Positions 1-11,582 of a DNA stretch of 64,000 nt are shown piece after piece (the first letter of the stretch is position 1; each line of letters begins with the position of its first letter). Where the stretch lies: NCBI GenBank assembly GCA_964252035.1, contig OZ176201.1; one strand, 5' to 3'. The notes beneath the pieces are model-generated. The model was not told the DNA's origin, did no database searches, and worked only from the letters and a program-made list of their open reading frames with translations. Origin of the DNA: Podarcis erhardii (Eukaryota). The translations under genes and the position numbers were made by a program.

Positions 1-948
1 TTTCTCTGTCAAAGAGGGAAAAAATGACATTTTCAAAGGGGGCTTTTTAGTAGCTTATAATTTAATAAACACTGGTGCCTGAGATGAAGATGAGTAAAGT
101 TCTGCAGTGCATCCATTCATTGTTTCTTTCAAAGGTAATTGTTTCCCTTACTTGCTCCCCCCCTCCCAATCTTGCTTACTCTTAGAAATATACTCTAATT
201 TTGCCAGGTGGCTGGGATTGCTTCCTCTCATCTGTTTCCCGCCTCCCTTGCCTTTCATGCTTAGCTTTGTCCATAATTTGCAAGCTTCTGCAGAGGGCAT
301 TGGCCTGTCTGGTGTTCTCTGCATAGAAGAGGACGACTCACTGGGGTTGCTTATAGAAATAATGGATCTAGTTTGGGTTCACAGAATAGTGGAGAACAAC
401 ACACACCCCAGGCCCTGTCCCTCTCTACCTCCTCCATCTGATGGAAACGAGAAAGGTGAGTCTTATGTACTCGTGAAGTGCTTCTCAGGAGCCTTAACAA
501 AGGAAATCAACGTGGAGCCTTCTCCCTAGCTTTGGCTCTTTGCTCTATATATTAATATGAAAGATGCTTTGCAGCTGCATTGTGCCTGCTCACACCATTT
601 GTCTTTTCTGCTGTGTGTGAAACCTTAATCTGCTACGCTGCAGAACTTTTCTTACTGTTGATTTTTATCCTTGAAATAGCACCCATTTTTTTGCAGTTCA
701 GAAACATTATTGCATTTTTTAAGGTTATGTTTGCACCTCCTTATCTATTCCACGGTTTGAAATTTTGCCTCGCTGCAGTTAGCCGGCCTTCATATTTCGA
801 AAGTGTATAACTTGCATTACCTACCTAAATATTGCTGGATATTCAACATCCCCTTCAGCCTGAAGATTTGATAAAGGAGAGCTGGTGGAAATTACCAAGG
901 CTTCAAATTACTCACTAGAATGCCCAAGCCATAAGTTATCAGCCAGGT

Positions 949-999
<51 letters not shown>

Positions 1000-1002
1000 A
1001 AA
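949..1002. repeat. (GAAA)n microsatellite
   Basis: About 13 perfect GAAA units. Confidence 0.97.
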
Positions 1003-1655
1003 TGCTTGATAATCGCACAAAGAGTGCTGGGATCCTAGGACTGGGTTTTTACTGGTTTGAACAAGCGTCCTGTCGTGGAAGAGGACAGCAGTGAGAAATT
1101 AGTGAACATCTTGAGAACGTGCAGGAATTTTCCCATCTGGGTGTGGGCAAGAATGAAGTCTGGAAGCATCAGGGAACCTTTGCAGGAATAATTGAAAAAA
1201 GAGAGAGAGTAGGAACTGGTGTTCTGGGCTGGCAGCATCCAAGCTGGTCACAGAGAAATGAAAGATTTCTTGAAGCAGTCCTGCAGGTTTTGAGCTTGTT
1301 GACCTTAAAAAGACACATACCTTTCTGCCATTGTTTTCCTCAGTAGAACAAGTCATCAGGGAAAGACAAAGAAGGTCCAGGGGAAGCCAAAGGCAGAGGG
1401 TAGGCCTTACTCAGGTAGACATGACTCTTCAGCAATGTATGGTTGAAGTGTGTCAACAATGAACTGTTGACCAAAGTGTTACCAGTTTCTTCCTGCTGCC
1501 TTTGATAGGGTTTGGAAAGGGAAAATTACTTGGACAAGTTCCTTGCTTTCTGGATTTCATCAGTGTTAGTTTGGTCATATGTGGTATTTCTTGTTGGTTG
1601 GTCCAAAGTGATGTAAGCTTACTATCTGGCTCATAAGGAAACCTATTGAGACAGA

Positions 1656-1758
1656 GGGTTGTATCCAAGGGTAGTTAGAGGTGACCCCCTGAAATTTATG
1701 GACATGACTCAACTTAGGCCTGTTAATTTTAGTGAGTCTACTCTAATTGGATACAGTC
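1656..1758. mobile_element. Small palindromic squamate MITE remnant
   Basis: Ends GGTTGTATCCAA...TTGGATACAGTC are imperfect inverted repeats. The internal CCCCTGAAATTTATGG / TTAATTTTAGTGAGTCTACTC symmetry resembles the elements near 25320-25440 and 39086-39210. Confidence 0.55.
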
Positions 1759-2115
1759 AACAAGTAGCTGGTTTCTGGGCAACTTTACCCACACAAAACT
1801 ATAGTGCAGTCTTCTGCTGTCCTGTTCTGTTTGGGAACTTCTTCTCTGAAACCCATCCAACTCCTAACACTTAAGATGTCTCGACCTCATGGGGTTTTTT
1901 GTGTGGTTGTGTGGCTTCCTATTTGGATTGGGGCCATACAGCTGGAGAAGGGAAGCTACCCTACCCTCCCGCAGCTACTGTTTGCCCCATGAGGCAAAAC
2001 ATACAAGTACCATGTTTATTATTTTATTTATTCGAGAATATCTGTTCCACCCTTCTAATGCATTCACAAGCATTAAATTTCCCAAAATTTTTAAACGTAA
2101 GTTTTAAAACTGGTT

Positions 2116-2117
2116 TG

Positions 2118-2148
<31 letters not shown>

Positions 2149-2149
2149 T
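2116..2149. repeat. (TTG)n(CTG)n microsatellite
   Basis: TTGTTGTTGTTG followed by a CTG run; source of the poly-Leu in the ORF track. Confidence 0.95.
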
Positions 2150-2551
2150 GTCTTTTAGATGGTTGTAACTAGTCCTGTGGGATTGCCCTTGAAGATTACT
2201 CACAGATTACTAACTCTCATAACCCTTGTTCTGAAACAGCTGCCAGTTGGTTTCTGGGAGTAATTTAAGGTACTCACACTAGTGTTTAAAGCCCCAAATA
2301 TCTGAAAGACTGCCTTCTGCCCTACAATATCTCCCAGCTGTTAGTTCCACTGTCCTCAGAATCTTGGGGGTAGGTGGCCCAGGAGAGGGCATGCTGTGGG
2401 ACAAAGCCTAAATTGTGTAATTCCCTCCCTGCAGAAGTGTGTCTGACTTCTTCACTATACAACTTTCGGTGAATGCTGAAGATAAACAAACCATTTACCC
2501 TGGCATTTGAAACCTGAGATGTGTGTTTTAGGACCCACCCTATTCCTGATA

Positions 2552-2806
2552 CAGTCATACCTCATGTTACATTTGCTTCTTCAGGTTGCACGTTTTCAGG
2601 TTGTGTCCTGCGGCGACCTGGAAGTACCGGAAAGGGTTACTTCTGGGTTTCGCCACTCGCGCAGGCTCAGATGCTCAAAATGACATCATGCACATGCGCA
2701 GAATCGGCGAATCGCGATCCGTGCATGCACAGACGTGGGTTGTGTTCTGCTCAGGTTGCCAACGGACCTCCAGAACGGATCCCATTCGCAATCAGAGGTA
2801 CCACTG
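2552..2806 (+). mobile_element. Tc1/mariner (Tigger/pogo-like) MITE, family A
   Basis: TA-CAGTCATACCTC...GAGGTACCACTG-TA, i.e. TIRs plus TA duplication. Near-collinear second copy at 22851-23097. Confidence 0.85.
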
Positions 2807-2845
2807 TACTGTGATCTGTTTTGAATCTGCCTTGAGATTTGCTGA

Positions 2846-2875
2846 CATCATCATCATCATCATCATCATCATCAT
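2846..2875. repeat. (CAT)10 microsatellite
   Basis: Perfect CAT run. Confidence 0.95.
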
Positions 2876-2914
2876 GCAAAGAATGTGATCCTAAGGACCT
2901 CCATCTATTATAGC

Positions 2915-3017
2915 ATCATAACTCCCATCATTCCTGATAATGGACAGTGCTGGCTGAGGACTAAGGGGAACTGGAGTCCAACAACATCTGGAACACCACA
3001 GCTTCCCCATCGCCTGC
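2915..3017. mobile_element. Decayed hAT MITE (same family as 32366-32503)
   Basis: ACTCCCATCATTCC...GGAGTCCAACAACATCTGG matches the internal palindrome of the intact copy. Further remnants near 21717-21810, 26290-26385, 30570-30650, 31890-31975 and 51455-51505. Confidence 0.55.
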
Positions 3018-4100
3018 TATAAGATCTTCAAGGTTGGGCTTTTATCAGTATGAGCAATGGAGTGTTCTGTTGTTGGTCTCTGAAGACTCACGCTACCATT
3101 GATTTGCATGGGAAGAGAGTCTGACATATTCTGGATTTCTTGTATAATTCTTTACAGTGGGAAAAATAAACCGAGGGGTAGCTCCGACGATACTTTAAGA
3201 CCTCCAGGCAGCATTTTTGAATTATTTCTGTCTGTTATTATAGATGAAAGCAGTAGGGGTTATTGAGAAATATTCATTGCATATTTTTTAATAGGAAAAA
3301 GTGGGGAAGTCAGCACTAAGAAGCACCGGTAAGCCACAGCTTACCGATTTCAGCCTTTTGGAGGAAAACTCAATGAGTACAGCACTGCTGTAATAAACAA
3401 GTGTTTGACACATTCAGGGACGCCAACATAATAGGAGCCAATTTCCTGCAGAGCTGAGTAAAATTTACAAGTTGCATGCTAGCAGTGCCTCTCTGTGACT
3501 TTTTTTTTAAAAAGAAGCTTTCTAAGGGAGGTGGAATTTACAGGCTTTAGCTTAAGAATACTTGCAAGTTTCCTCATAATGAATAGAAGGGGGAAAATAG
3601 ATTCACTTACCTTTTCGTAGTGGCTTACAGAGTTCTCTCTCTCTCTCTCACACACACCCACATGCACACACATGCAGAGTAAAGTTTGTTAGCGTAAACC
3701 TTTTTGTTGTGAATATATAGTCCTGCCAACGGTAAGCCAGATAATATATTTTTATGTGCCTGATGACAGAATATAATTTTTGTGTGTGCATAAATGTGCT
3801 GACACTCAACTGAGGTTAGGACTCTTCCCCCTCATCCCCATCACTGATTTCCTGATGCTGTCAAGTGTCAGGGCAGCTGAGAGCCCACCCTGCAATGCTC
3901 ACTGCAGACTTTGTGTCTGAATTCCTCCTTTCTAACAGCTGCCCAGATATATCCCATTTATAAAGCAGTGGCTTTTTGCCCCTCTCTCGGTCAGTGTGGT
4001 CTGTGTAGCTGCAGAAGAATGGAGAACATGAGAGATGCAGTCTGAAATCCTAAGCATGTTGACCTGCCTTTTACTGGCCACCCCAATCTCTGCTGAGCGG

Positions 4101-4489
4101 TGTGAGATTCCAGAAGTCTTGGCACTTAACCAGGGTTTTTGTTCCTTTGGAATGAGGCACGACAGAGCCTTTAAGAAATATGATTTATTCACGCATGTTG
4201 GCACCAGAGTTTTATGGAGAGAGTTTGCAGTGTTCACATTTCAAGAGGGGCTTGTCCTTCCCAGCAGCACAGCATTGGATTCCGAGACATCCTAAGCACC
4301 ATCTCGTCTCTCCTTAACAGCCTGCTCCAGCCAGGCTTCTTCTCTTCAATCCCTACATGGTGTTCTGCCCATTTCCTCATTCTCATTCCTAGCAGAACTT
4401 GCAGGAAGCAACTCCTTCCTTTATGCATCCAACACTCCCTCCCCGGCAACCTCTGTTTCTCAAGCTCATTGCAAAATACATTGCCCTCC
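4101..4489 (-). mobile_element. Possible old solo LTR interrupted by a hAT element
   Basis: TGTGAG at 4101 and CTTACA ending at 5482, just beyond the hAT insertion, form near-inverted TG..CA ends. Purine-rich body with AATAAA on the minus strand. No TSD found. Confidence 0.3.
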
Positions 4490-5460
4490 CAGTGGCGTAG
4501 CAAGGACAGGTGGTACCTGGTGCAGAAAATTTATTGTCATGTGCACCCCCCCCCATTGAAATCTTGTTGGACTCCCAAGAGATCTACTCACAGTATAAAA
4601 AGACTGGCTGTGATCTACCCATTGTCATTGCCAGGAGTTGTTGACTTTTTTTTTTAGGGAAGGATTGACCAAAGTTGTTGAGAGCTTTTTTTTAGGGTTG
4701 CAGGATTTGGGTCCTGAGTTGAGAGCGCTTTTGCTTCTCTCCTTCCCTCCACCCTCTGCTTGTTTGCTCGCCTGCCTACTTCCTGTCATCTCCTTGCCTG
4801 CCTGCCTCTCCAACAGCCTGGGAATGCGGGGCTGTCAAAATGACGTACCAAAAAGTGGCGCAACTGCCCCCTTTCCCCTGACGGCTTGGGGTAGGCGGGA
4901 GTTGCAGGCAGTGTGCATAGCTGTCAACTTACAGATTTGAAAATAAGGGACCAGCAGCCTCGAAAATAAGGGATCAGCAGCCAAAATAAGGGATTTTCTG
5001 GGCACAGGTATGTTCAACTTCTGAGCCCCTCCGAGCCAAAGGCAGAAAGCCCAGCCAGCAGCCAAACGAAGCCTCAAGGAAGACCACCGTCACCTCTCCG
5101 CTGGGAAGCTGAGCAAAGGCGAGTCCCCAGGCAACGCGGCCAATTTGATCGGCACAAGGCATGCAAGCTCCACCCCCCAGTCGTTCTTCGACTCTTTATT
5201 GGGTGAGCAACGCAGCCAAGCAACACAGTTGGAGCCTCCCTCCTCCCTGGCCGGCAGGGAGGGAGGGAGAGGAGCTGCTTCCTTTGAAACCCGGGAAATT
5301 TAAGGGACATCATCAATAAGGGACAGCAGCGAGACACGGCGCTGGGATAAGGGAGTTTCCCACCAAATAAGGGACGGTTGACAGCTATGGCAGTGTGCCA
5401 AATGTCACCCCCCTTGGTGATGACACCCGGGGGGTCCGCCCCCACCTTGCTCCGCCCCTG
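4490..5460. mobile_element. Non-autonomous hAT-like DNA transposon
   Basis: Imperfect TIRs CAGTGGCGTAGC...GCTCCGCCCCTG; degenerate 8-bp TSD TGCCCTCC/CCCCCTCC. Confidence 0.7.
4916..5389. mobile_element. Nested hAT MITE
   Basis: Perfect 13-bp TIR CATAGCTGTCAAC/GTTGACAGCTATG; perfect 8-bp TSD GCAGTGTG (4908-4915, 5390-5397); repeated AAATAAGGGA subterminal motifs. Confidence 0.93.
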
Positions 5461-6747
5461 CCCCCTCCCCCGGTTGCTTACATCAAACCACTGCTACCCT
5501 ACCCCAAAGGCTACTGAGTAGAGGGTCTTTGTTTTGCCAATGGTTTGCCATTATCAAACAAGCCAGGCCATTCTCATCCTTTTATTTCTTCAATGACCCG
5601 CTCCCATGCGAGCCGTTGCCAGGCTGACCTCATGAGGAAGCTAGCCAGTATTATTTCCAGCCCTTGCTTCATTCATGAATTTATAAGTTTGCTCAAATTC
5701 TAACCCTTCACTGAATGTAGAGAAAAAATGGGGGTGGGGTCCTGCTTCCCCAGACCCATAACACTGCCCACTAACCTCACTGAAATGAGCATGACTTGTG
5801 AGTTATTACAGTTAAGATCTAAAAGCTACAAAACTGGAGGCCTCTTTCTGTCGACTGTGAACAAGACTGCAAAAGTGGGGGGGAGGAATCTGTTTCGGCT
5901 CAGTCCTAGAAATCATTTGCAAAAGTTGCTAGCATTGGTGGTACAAGTCACCTCTAATTATTCACTTTCTCAGCATTTGTCTCATGTTAAGTGCAGACAG
6001 CCCTAAAGACTTTTCCTGGCCAGGTAAACCAGGAAAGACAGGCTGATACCTTAAGCAATTTATTTTAATTTGATTATATTTTGCTCATTACATTCCTGGT
6101 CCTAAAATCTCTCCATAAGACACTGTCCCAGGATTTAGTTCCTTTATATGCTCCCCACCGATGTATTACAGGTATTTTTTGTTTTGCAAATATTTCTGAA
6201 GATCAGTTCCTTATCTAGTTCTTATCGCAGTGATTGTATGACCCAGTAACATATTATTTTCCTCATTTGAAGGTTCTGTTGCCAAGTCTTCGCCACCATG
6301 AAAACACAAAACAAATTAGGCCCATTTAGTGTGACTTCTTGTTCTCCCATCCCTCACCTCCACATTAACATAATGACTATCAGCATTTTGTTGTGATATT
6401 TAAAATGCTGACACCAAGACTTCTCAACTAGATCAAACACAGATTATGCTTTCCTTAAAAAGGTCTCCGTTTTCTTGTTTCTGCTGTACATTGACCAGTG
6501 AAATGAAATAATTGCAAGCACACACTTTTCTTTATTGATTTAACTCATTTGTTCTCCAACTCCCTTGACAGTTTAGGCAAGTTTATTATCACAAAAGAGA
6601 ATAGGAGCAACAAAATTCTCATAATCCTTTCCTCTGATACAGGTAGCTAGGCCCACATCTTATTCATGGGATGCTGAACTGAGATACAATGCTAAGGTTC
6701 GAAATACTGATCTTGTGTTGACTACCTACTATTACTACCACTACTAC

Positions 6748-6922
6748 TAATTTATTTGTACCCTGCCCATCTGGCTGGGTTTCCCCAGCCACTCTGGGCG
6801 GCTTCCAACAAAGATTAAAAATACATTAAAATGTCACACACTAAAAACTTCCCTGAACAGGGCTGCCTTCAGATGTCTTCTAAATGTCAGGTAGTTGTTT
6901 ATCTTTTTGACATCTGATGGGA
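6748..6922 (-). mobile_element. L2 LINE 3' end
   Basis: CCCATCTGGCTGGGTTTCCCCAGCCACTCTGGGCGGC...GCTGCCTTCAGATGTCTTC matches the L2 copy at 20968-21712. Adjacent (CTA)n-like tail. Confidence 0.8.
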
Positions 6923-7627
6923 CACCCCCTCCTTTGAAAATCTAGTCAGGATGGAAGACTTCCTTCACTGCTAGGGCCCATCTACATCTCTGTTCGCCCC
7001 ATTACTCTCCCCAGGGAAAATCTGCAGTTTAGTGCTGAATTTCAACAATATATTTATTAGGAGTGATTGGGTTTTCCATGGATTGGCATTTGTTCTGATT
7101 TATCACTAAAGAGTGGGTTTTCCGGGAGAAAGCAGCAGGGCAAAGACAAGACCTCTTGGACCTGTGCCTTCTAGGAAGAACTCCTAGTTTCAGGGGTTGT
7201 TTAGACACCCATATCTGTATGTACTTAGTGTCAGGGAAAGCACTGTGGATTGGAGTCACAGTTTTCAAGACACCCAAATAAGATTTACTTTGGGGTTTCC
7301 AGGTCCTTCGTTGTTTTGGTTGACTAACTTCAAGTAGGAAACCACTTTGGCAAAGCTTTCCATCTAAGTAAAATGGTAATATTGCTTTTTTATTAGTGTG
7401 CTTGACTTGGTAAGCAAAAGTCTGCTTGGGCGACAACTGTTACAAGCCATTTCTCCCCAGATTGCATATACCAGAGGTTCCTTGTCAGGCATGGCAGATC
7501 CAGGGGGGACTGTCTAGAAGGAAATTGCAGTGGTGCCCTAGAAGTTTGCAACAACATCTTCAACCTAGGTATGTAGTGATTCTAAGAAACCCACAGTTCC
7601 CATCGATAGAGGAGGAAAATGTTTCAT

Positions 7628-7753
7628 GTAGAGCATGAGGCTCTTCATCCCAGGTTTGTGGGTTCGAGCCCCACATTGGGTGAAAGATTCCTGCATTGCA
7701 GGGGGTTGGGGGTAGATGACCTTTGCGGCCCTTTCCAACTCAATGAGTCTATG
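7628..7753 (+). mobile_element. tRNA-derived SINE with CR1-type 3' tail
   Basis: B-box GGTTCGAGCCC, then CCTGCATTGCAGGGGGTTGG...CCCTTTCCAACTCAATGAGTCTATG, a CR1-like tail. Minus-strand tails of the same type at 44041-44115 and 50413-50480. Confidence 0.7.
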
Positions 7754-8241
7754 GAGAAAGGGCGCCTTATCAAACCAATTCAACATCCAAGGTGCATGCC
7801 ACCCAGGGAAAAAGTGCATTTCCCCTTCAGCAGAACCACCAAACATACATTTACCAAGGAAGTCCAGAGCACAGTCTTGCACAGATTCCAAAAGAGCTGC
7901 TCAGACCTTTAGAAGAGATCAGAGAAGACTGGAGATCAAAACAGGTTCTTCCCGATTCACTGTTATTTAGGAAACCAGTTGGTGCTTCTGGTGCAGTGTT
8001 TAGCTTTTTGCCTCTTGTGACCTGCCTTCTTTGTCCAAGCTCCCGACTACCTCAGCCTTAAACCTCCCTTGTCTGTAGCCTGCTCAGTTGCTTGAACTTG
8101 TAGTTTATAATCCATGGTGCTTCTGCTCTATTTATTTCAGCTAGATAGCAGGGGGTAGTTCCTAGGCTAAATCTCATTGCCTTATGTGGGGAGGATATTT
8201 GAATTTGATTTGCCACGTCAACGTAAGATGCGACCATATTA

Positions 8242-8483
8242 CAGTGGTACCTCGGGTTACATACGCTTCAGGTTACATAAGCTTCAGGTTACAGACTCCG
8301 CTAACCCAGAAATAGTACTTCGGGTTAAGAACTTTGCTTCAGGATGAGAACAGAAATCGTGCTCCGGCGGCGCAGTGGCAGCAGGAGGCCCCATTAGCTA
8401 AAGTGGTGCTTCAGGTTAAGAACAGTTTCAGGTTAAGAACAGACCTCCGGAACGAATTAAGTACTTAACCCGAGGTACCACTG
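8242..8483 (+). mobile_element. Tc1/mariner MITE, family B
   Basis: TIR CAGTGGTACCTCGGGTTA/TAACCCGAGGTACCACTG with TA on both sides. Confidence 0.93.
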
Positions 8484-9080
8484 TAGTTTCATGTGGAGGT
8501 ATGCGTTGTGCCTGGGCTCCCATATGATGGCAGCTGATATTTACCACATACATGAAAACTCACAGGACTATATAATTTTTGTGTATGTGTGAAATTGATG
8601 AGGAACAATTGCCTTGGAACGATATGTACAGGCAACTCCCCATTTACACAGGGGTTACATTTAGAGGCATCAGATGTTTAAATGAGATCGCCTATATTGG
8701 GAACACAATTGAAGAAGCCTGCAGACACCACCATTGCTCCTTCCAAACATCCTTTCTCAAACACCAACTCTCCACAGGCCTCAAAGGTCGATGCAAGGGC
8801 TCTTAGGATTGCACTTGCAAAGGCTCACGTGACTGATAGACACTGCTTTTGTGCCATTTTTTGCCATTTTCACATGGTTTTAAGGGCCATTTTTGCCCCT
8901 TTTGTGCCACTTCTGGATTTGTGGTGATACACATGTGCGTGGTCTCACATGCCTTGAACAAGCATAAATGGGGAGTTGCCTGTAAAAAGCAACCGGTGGT
9001 CTGTAAGAAAAATTAATAATTATTATTAGGAGAAATGTAACGAAAGGTTCAGTCTGTGGTGTCTCTGGATAGGACTAGGA

Positions 9081-9215
9081 TAAGGTTACCAGATTTTTTT
9101 TTCAATAAATCCGAGAACACTTTTCAATTTCCTACTAAATAGATGGATTTTGTCAGGGGACTGATTTGTAAATCCAGGGACTGTCCCCAGGAAACGGGGA
9201 CGTCTGGTAACCTTA
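9081..9215. mobile_element. hAT MITE
   Basis: TIR TAAGGTTACCAGA/TCTGGTAACCTTA; degenerate 8-bp TSD GACTAGGA/GACTGTGA; GGGAC subterminal motifs. Confidence 0.8.
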
Positions 9216-10751
9216 GACTGTGAGTATTCTTTGTCTGAAACCCTGGAGGTCCACTGCCACTCAGTGTGAGTAATATAAAGCTAGAAGATGTGGGAAATAT
9301 TGCCAGGTTTACCACACCTTCACTTGAATACGAACACCACCCAGATGAAATGTGTGTTACATGCCTTTGAATGTTTCTTGAGTAAGGATGAATTTCCTGC
9401 CTAAGGATAAAATCTCAGAGTTTTCTGCCAAGTCTTAATCTGAGAAAACTCTCTTTTGCATGCATGAAGTGAGCCTCGCTATGAAATGTGGGTTGTTGGC
9501 TCCCATCCTTTACGGCCAAAACCAGAGAGCAGAAGGCATCAGGTCTTTGAACGCTGAGGCTCGTTTCAGATATTCAGGTTTTTGGCTTGCGTTCAAGGTT
9601 GCATCTTGCCGAGCAGGAGGCCCCAGTGAAGCGCCACAAAGGGCATTGTGGTGGAGGTGAAAGGACACATGACTTGGGTCTCTGATGATGGAGAAAGCTG
9701 GTCTTTGCCAGTCCTTGCTTCCTGTATGGGAACATCACAGTGCTGGGCTTTTGTTGTTGGAAAAAGCCCATTTTAACTTCTCGCAATACAAGCTATATGT
9801 TTCCTTCCCCTGCTTCCTGATGTCATTTTAAAATAGATCTGACCATTGCTTTATCTGGAGATGATAAGAAGAAGTAAAAAAAGAAAGGAAAAAAAGTGTA
9901 GGCCAGCCATTGTCAAAATATACAATGAATTCCAATCTTTATTCCTGTCCTCTGTTGGAAATCTCTGCCTAGTTTAGCCATTAGGCCACTGTTGTAATGT
10001 TTAGCAGTCCTGCAACGCTTTGGTTTTTAGCTTTATATTTTAAGTGCTCCCTATTATGGTTAACATAGTGCAGCATAAAAAAGTGGTTAAACAAGGATAG
10101 ATGTAATGTGAAGTGGAGAATTTCTTTTACTCTGCTTTAAAAAATCTTAAGGGTTTGGGTCTAATTCCAAAGGGAGCATGTCTTTTGCTTCTGCTATTTT
10201 TCCTATTTTATATCCGGAAGGTTGCTCGGTAGGAGCTGTACAGAAGGGTGCTTTTCGATGACATCCGCAATACCAAGTCATATTATTTCCTTTCCCACTT
10301 ATTTGAATCCTCCTTTTTGCTACATTAATTCAAAATGCTGCTCCACACAGAAGGCTGGAATCTCATGCTTTGCCAGTGGAAGTGACAGAAGCAGCTGGAG
10401 GAGCTTGGCTTTGTCATAGTTGCTCACATCTGGAAGCCATTTAAGAATATAACACCAGAAGAAGATAAGACGAGCCTTCAGGATCAGGCCCATGGCTCAT
10501 CTGGTTACATTCAGCAGAGGGAGGAAGCCCCCTCAGGTGTCAGAGGCTGTTCTCCTTCACTGGGGAGCAGAAGTGGGTATGCTGGGGGACCTGCACGACA
10601 CCCCCTAAACTAACCAGCAGCCCTCAGGTGTGCTGGCGGGTGTGGCGAACCTGTTGCTAGCGTCGACGTCAGCTCTCAGTGCAGTCACCTTCTGAACCAT
10701 AGGAGGATGGCAGCAAAATATCTTGGGCTAGTTCTGTATCTATTCCATCAT

Positions 10752-10910
10752 CAGGAGTGCCAACTTGGCCCCGCGACCATGGGTGCCCAGGGCTGTGGGT
10801 GCCATGCGGCGTGCATGGCCTTGGCACCGAAATTTGTGGGTGCCTGGTCCCTTCATGGGGAATTTTGTGTGCTCTTGGGCACCCAGGGCCCCAGGGAGTT
10901 GGCATCTATG
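10752..10910. mobile_element. hAT-like MITE
   Basis: Imperfect TIR CAGGAGTGCCAACT/AGTTGGCATCTATG; internal GGGTGCCC/GGGCACCC symmetry. Confidence 0.6.
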
Positions 10911-10914
10911 TCCA

Positions 10915-11240
10915 GCACCCTGTTCACATAGTTGCCCAGCCACATGCCTATGGAAACTTGCAAGCAGGGTTCAAGCACACTCCCCTTCTGTGGCTTCCAG
11001 GAACTTGCATCTAGAAGCCTCTGATCATGCAGGCAGAACATAGCTGGAACATAGCTGATCGCCTTGTCCTCCACGCCTTTGTCCAGCCCTCTTTTGAAGC
11101 CATCCAAACTGCTGGCCATCACTGCCCCCCGTGGGAGGGAGTTGGGTATTTTAGTCCATGAAGAAGTACTTTCCTTTTTCCTGGATTCTCCAACATTCAG
11201 CTGCATTAGATGTCCAGAAGTTCTAGAGAGGGCTTGAACC
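10915..11240 (-). mobile_element. CR1 LINE 3' fragment
   Basis: Minus-strand peptide NSLPRGAVMASSLDGFKRGLDKGVEDKAISY matches the CR1 ORF2 C-terminus (LP..VV.A.SLDGFKRGLD.FMED), followed by 3' UTR. Confidence 0.85.
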
Positions 11241-11582
11241 ACCACAGCCAGACACACTGAGCCATTGCGCCACTGGGGGTTACACCTTGCATTATGAAGG
11301 TAAATGCATCTGCATAGAGAAGGTATTGAGAGGAGAACTTTTTAAAATTAAAGCATTGAATCAGTGGTGGGAATACATAATATATAATAGGAAACGGAGC
11401 TTGCATTCAGCAGCAAGCTTGGATAGATGTTTCTACCACTAGAAGTGTGTGCTCCCGGAAATTCAAATAGGAGGAGTTGAGGGAAGCCCTGCAGGATAAT
11501 TATAGCTTAGCTAGATCTACGCTTGACCCATGCTGCCTCTTTTATGAATGAAATTTCATACACTAATGCTGACAGTTAGGTG

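Noticed and set aside
4214-4657. 147-aa plus ORF and overlapping minus ORFs
   Set aside because: Crosses the junction of an LTR-like block and a hAT TIR; no recognisable domain.
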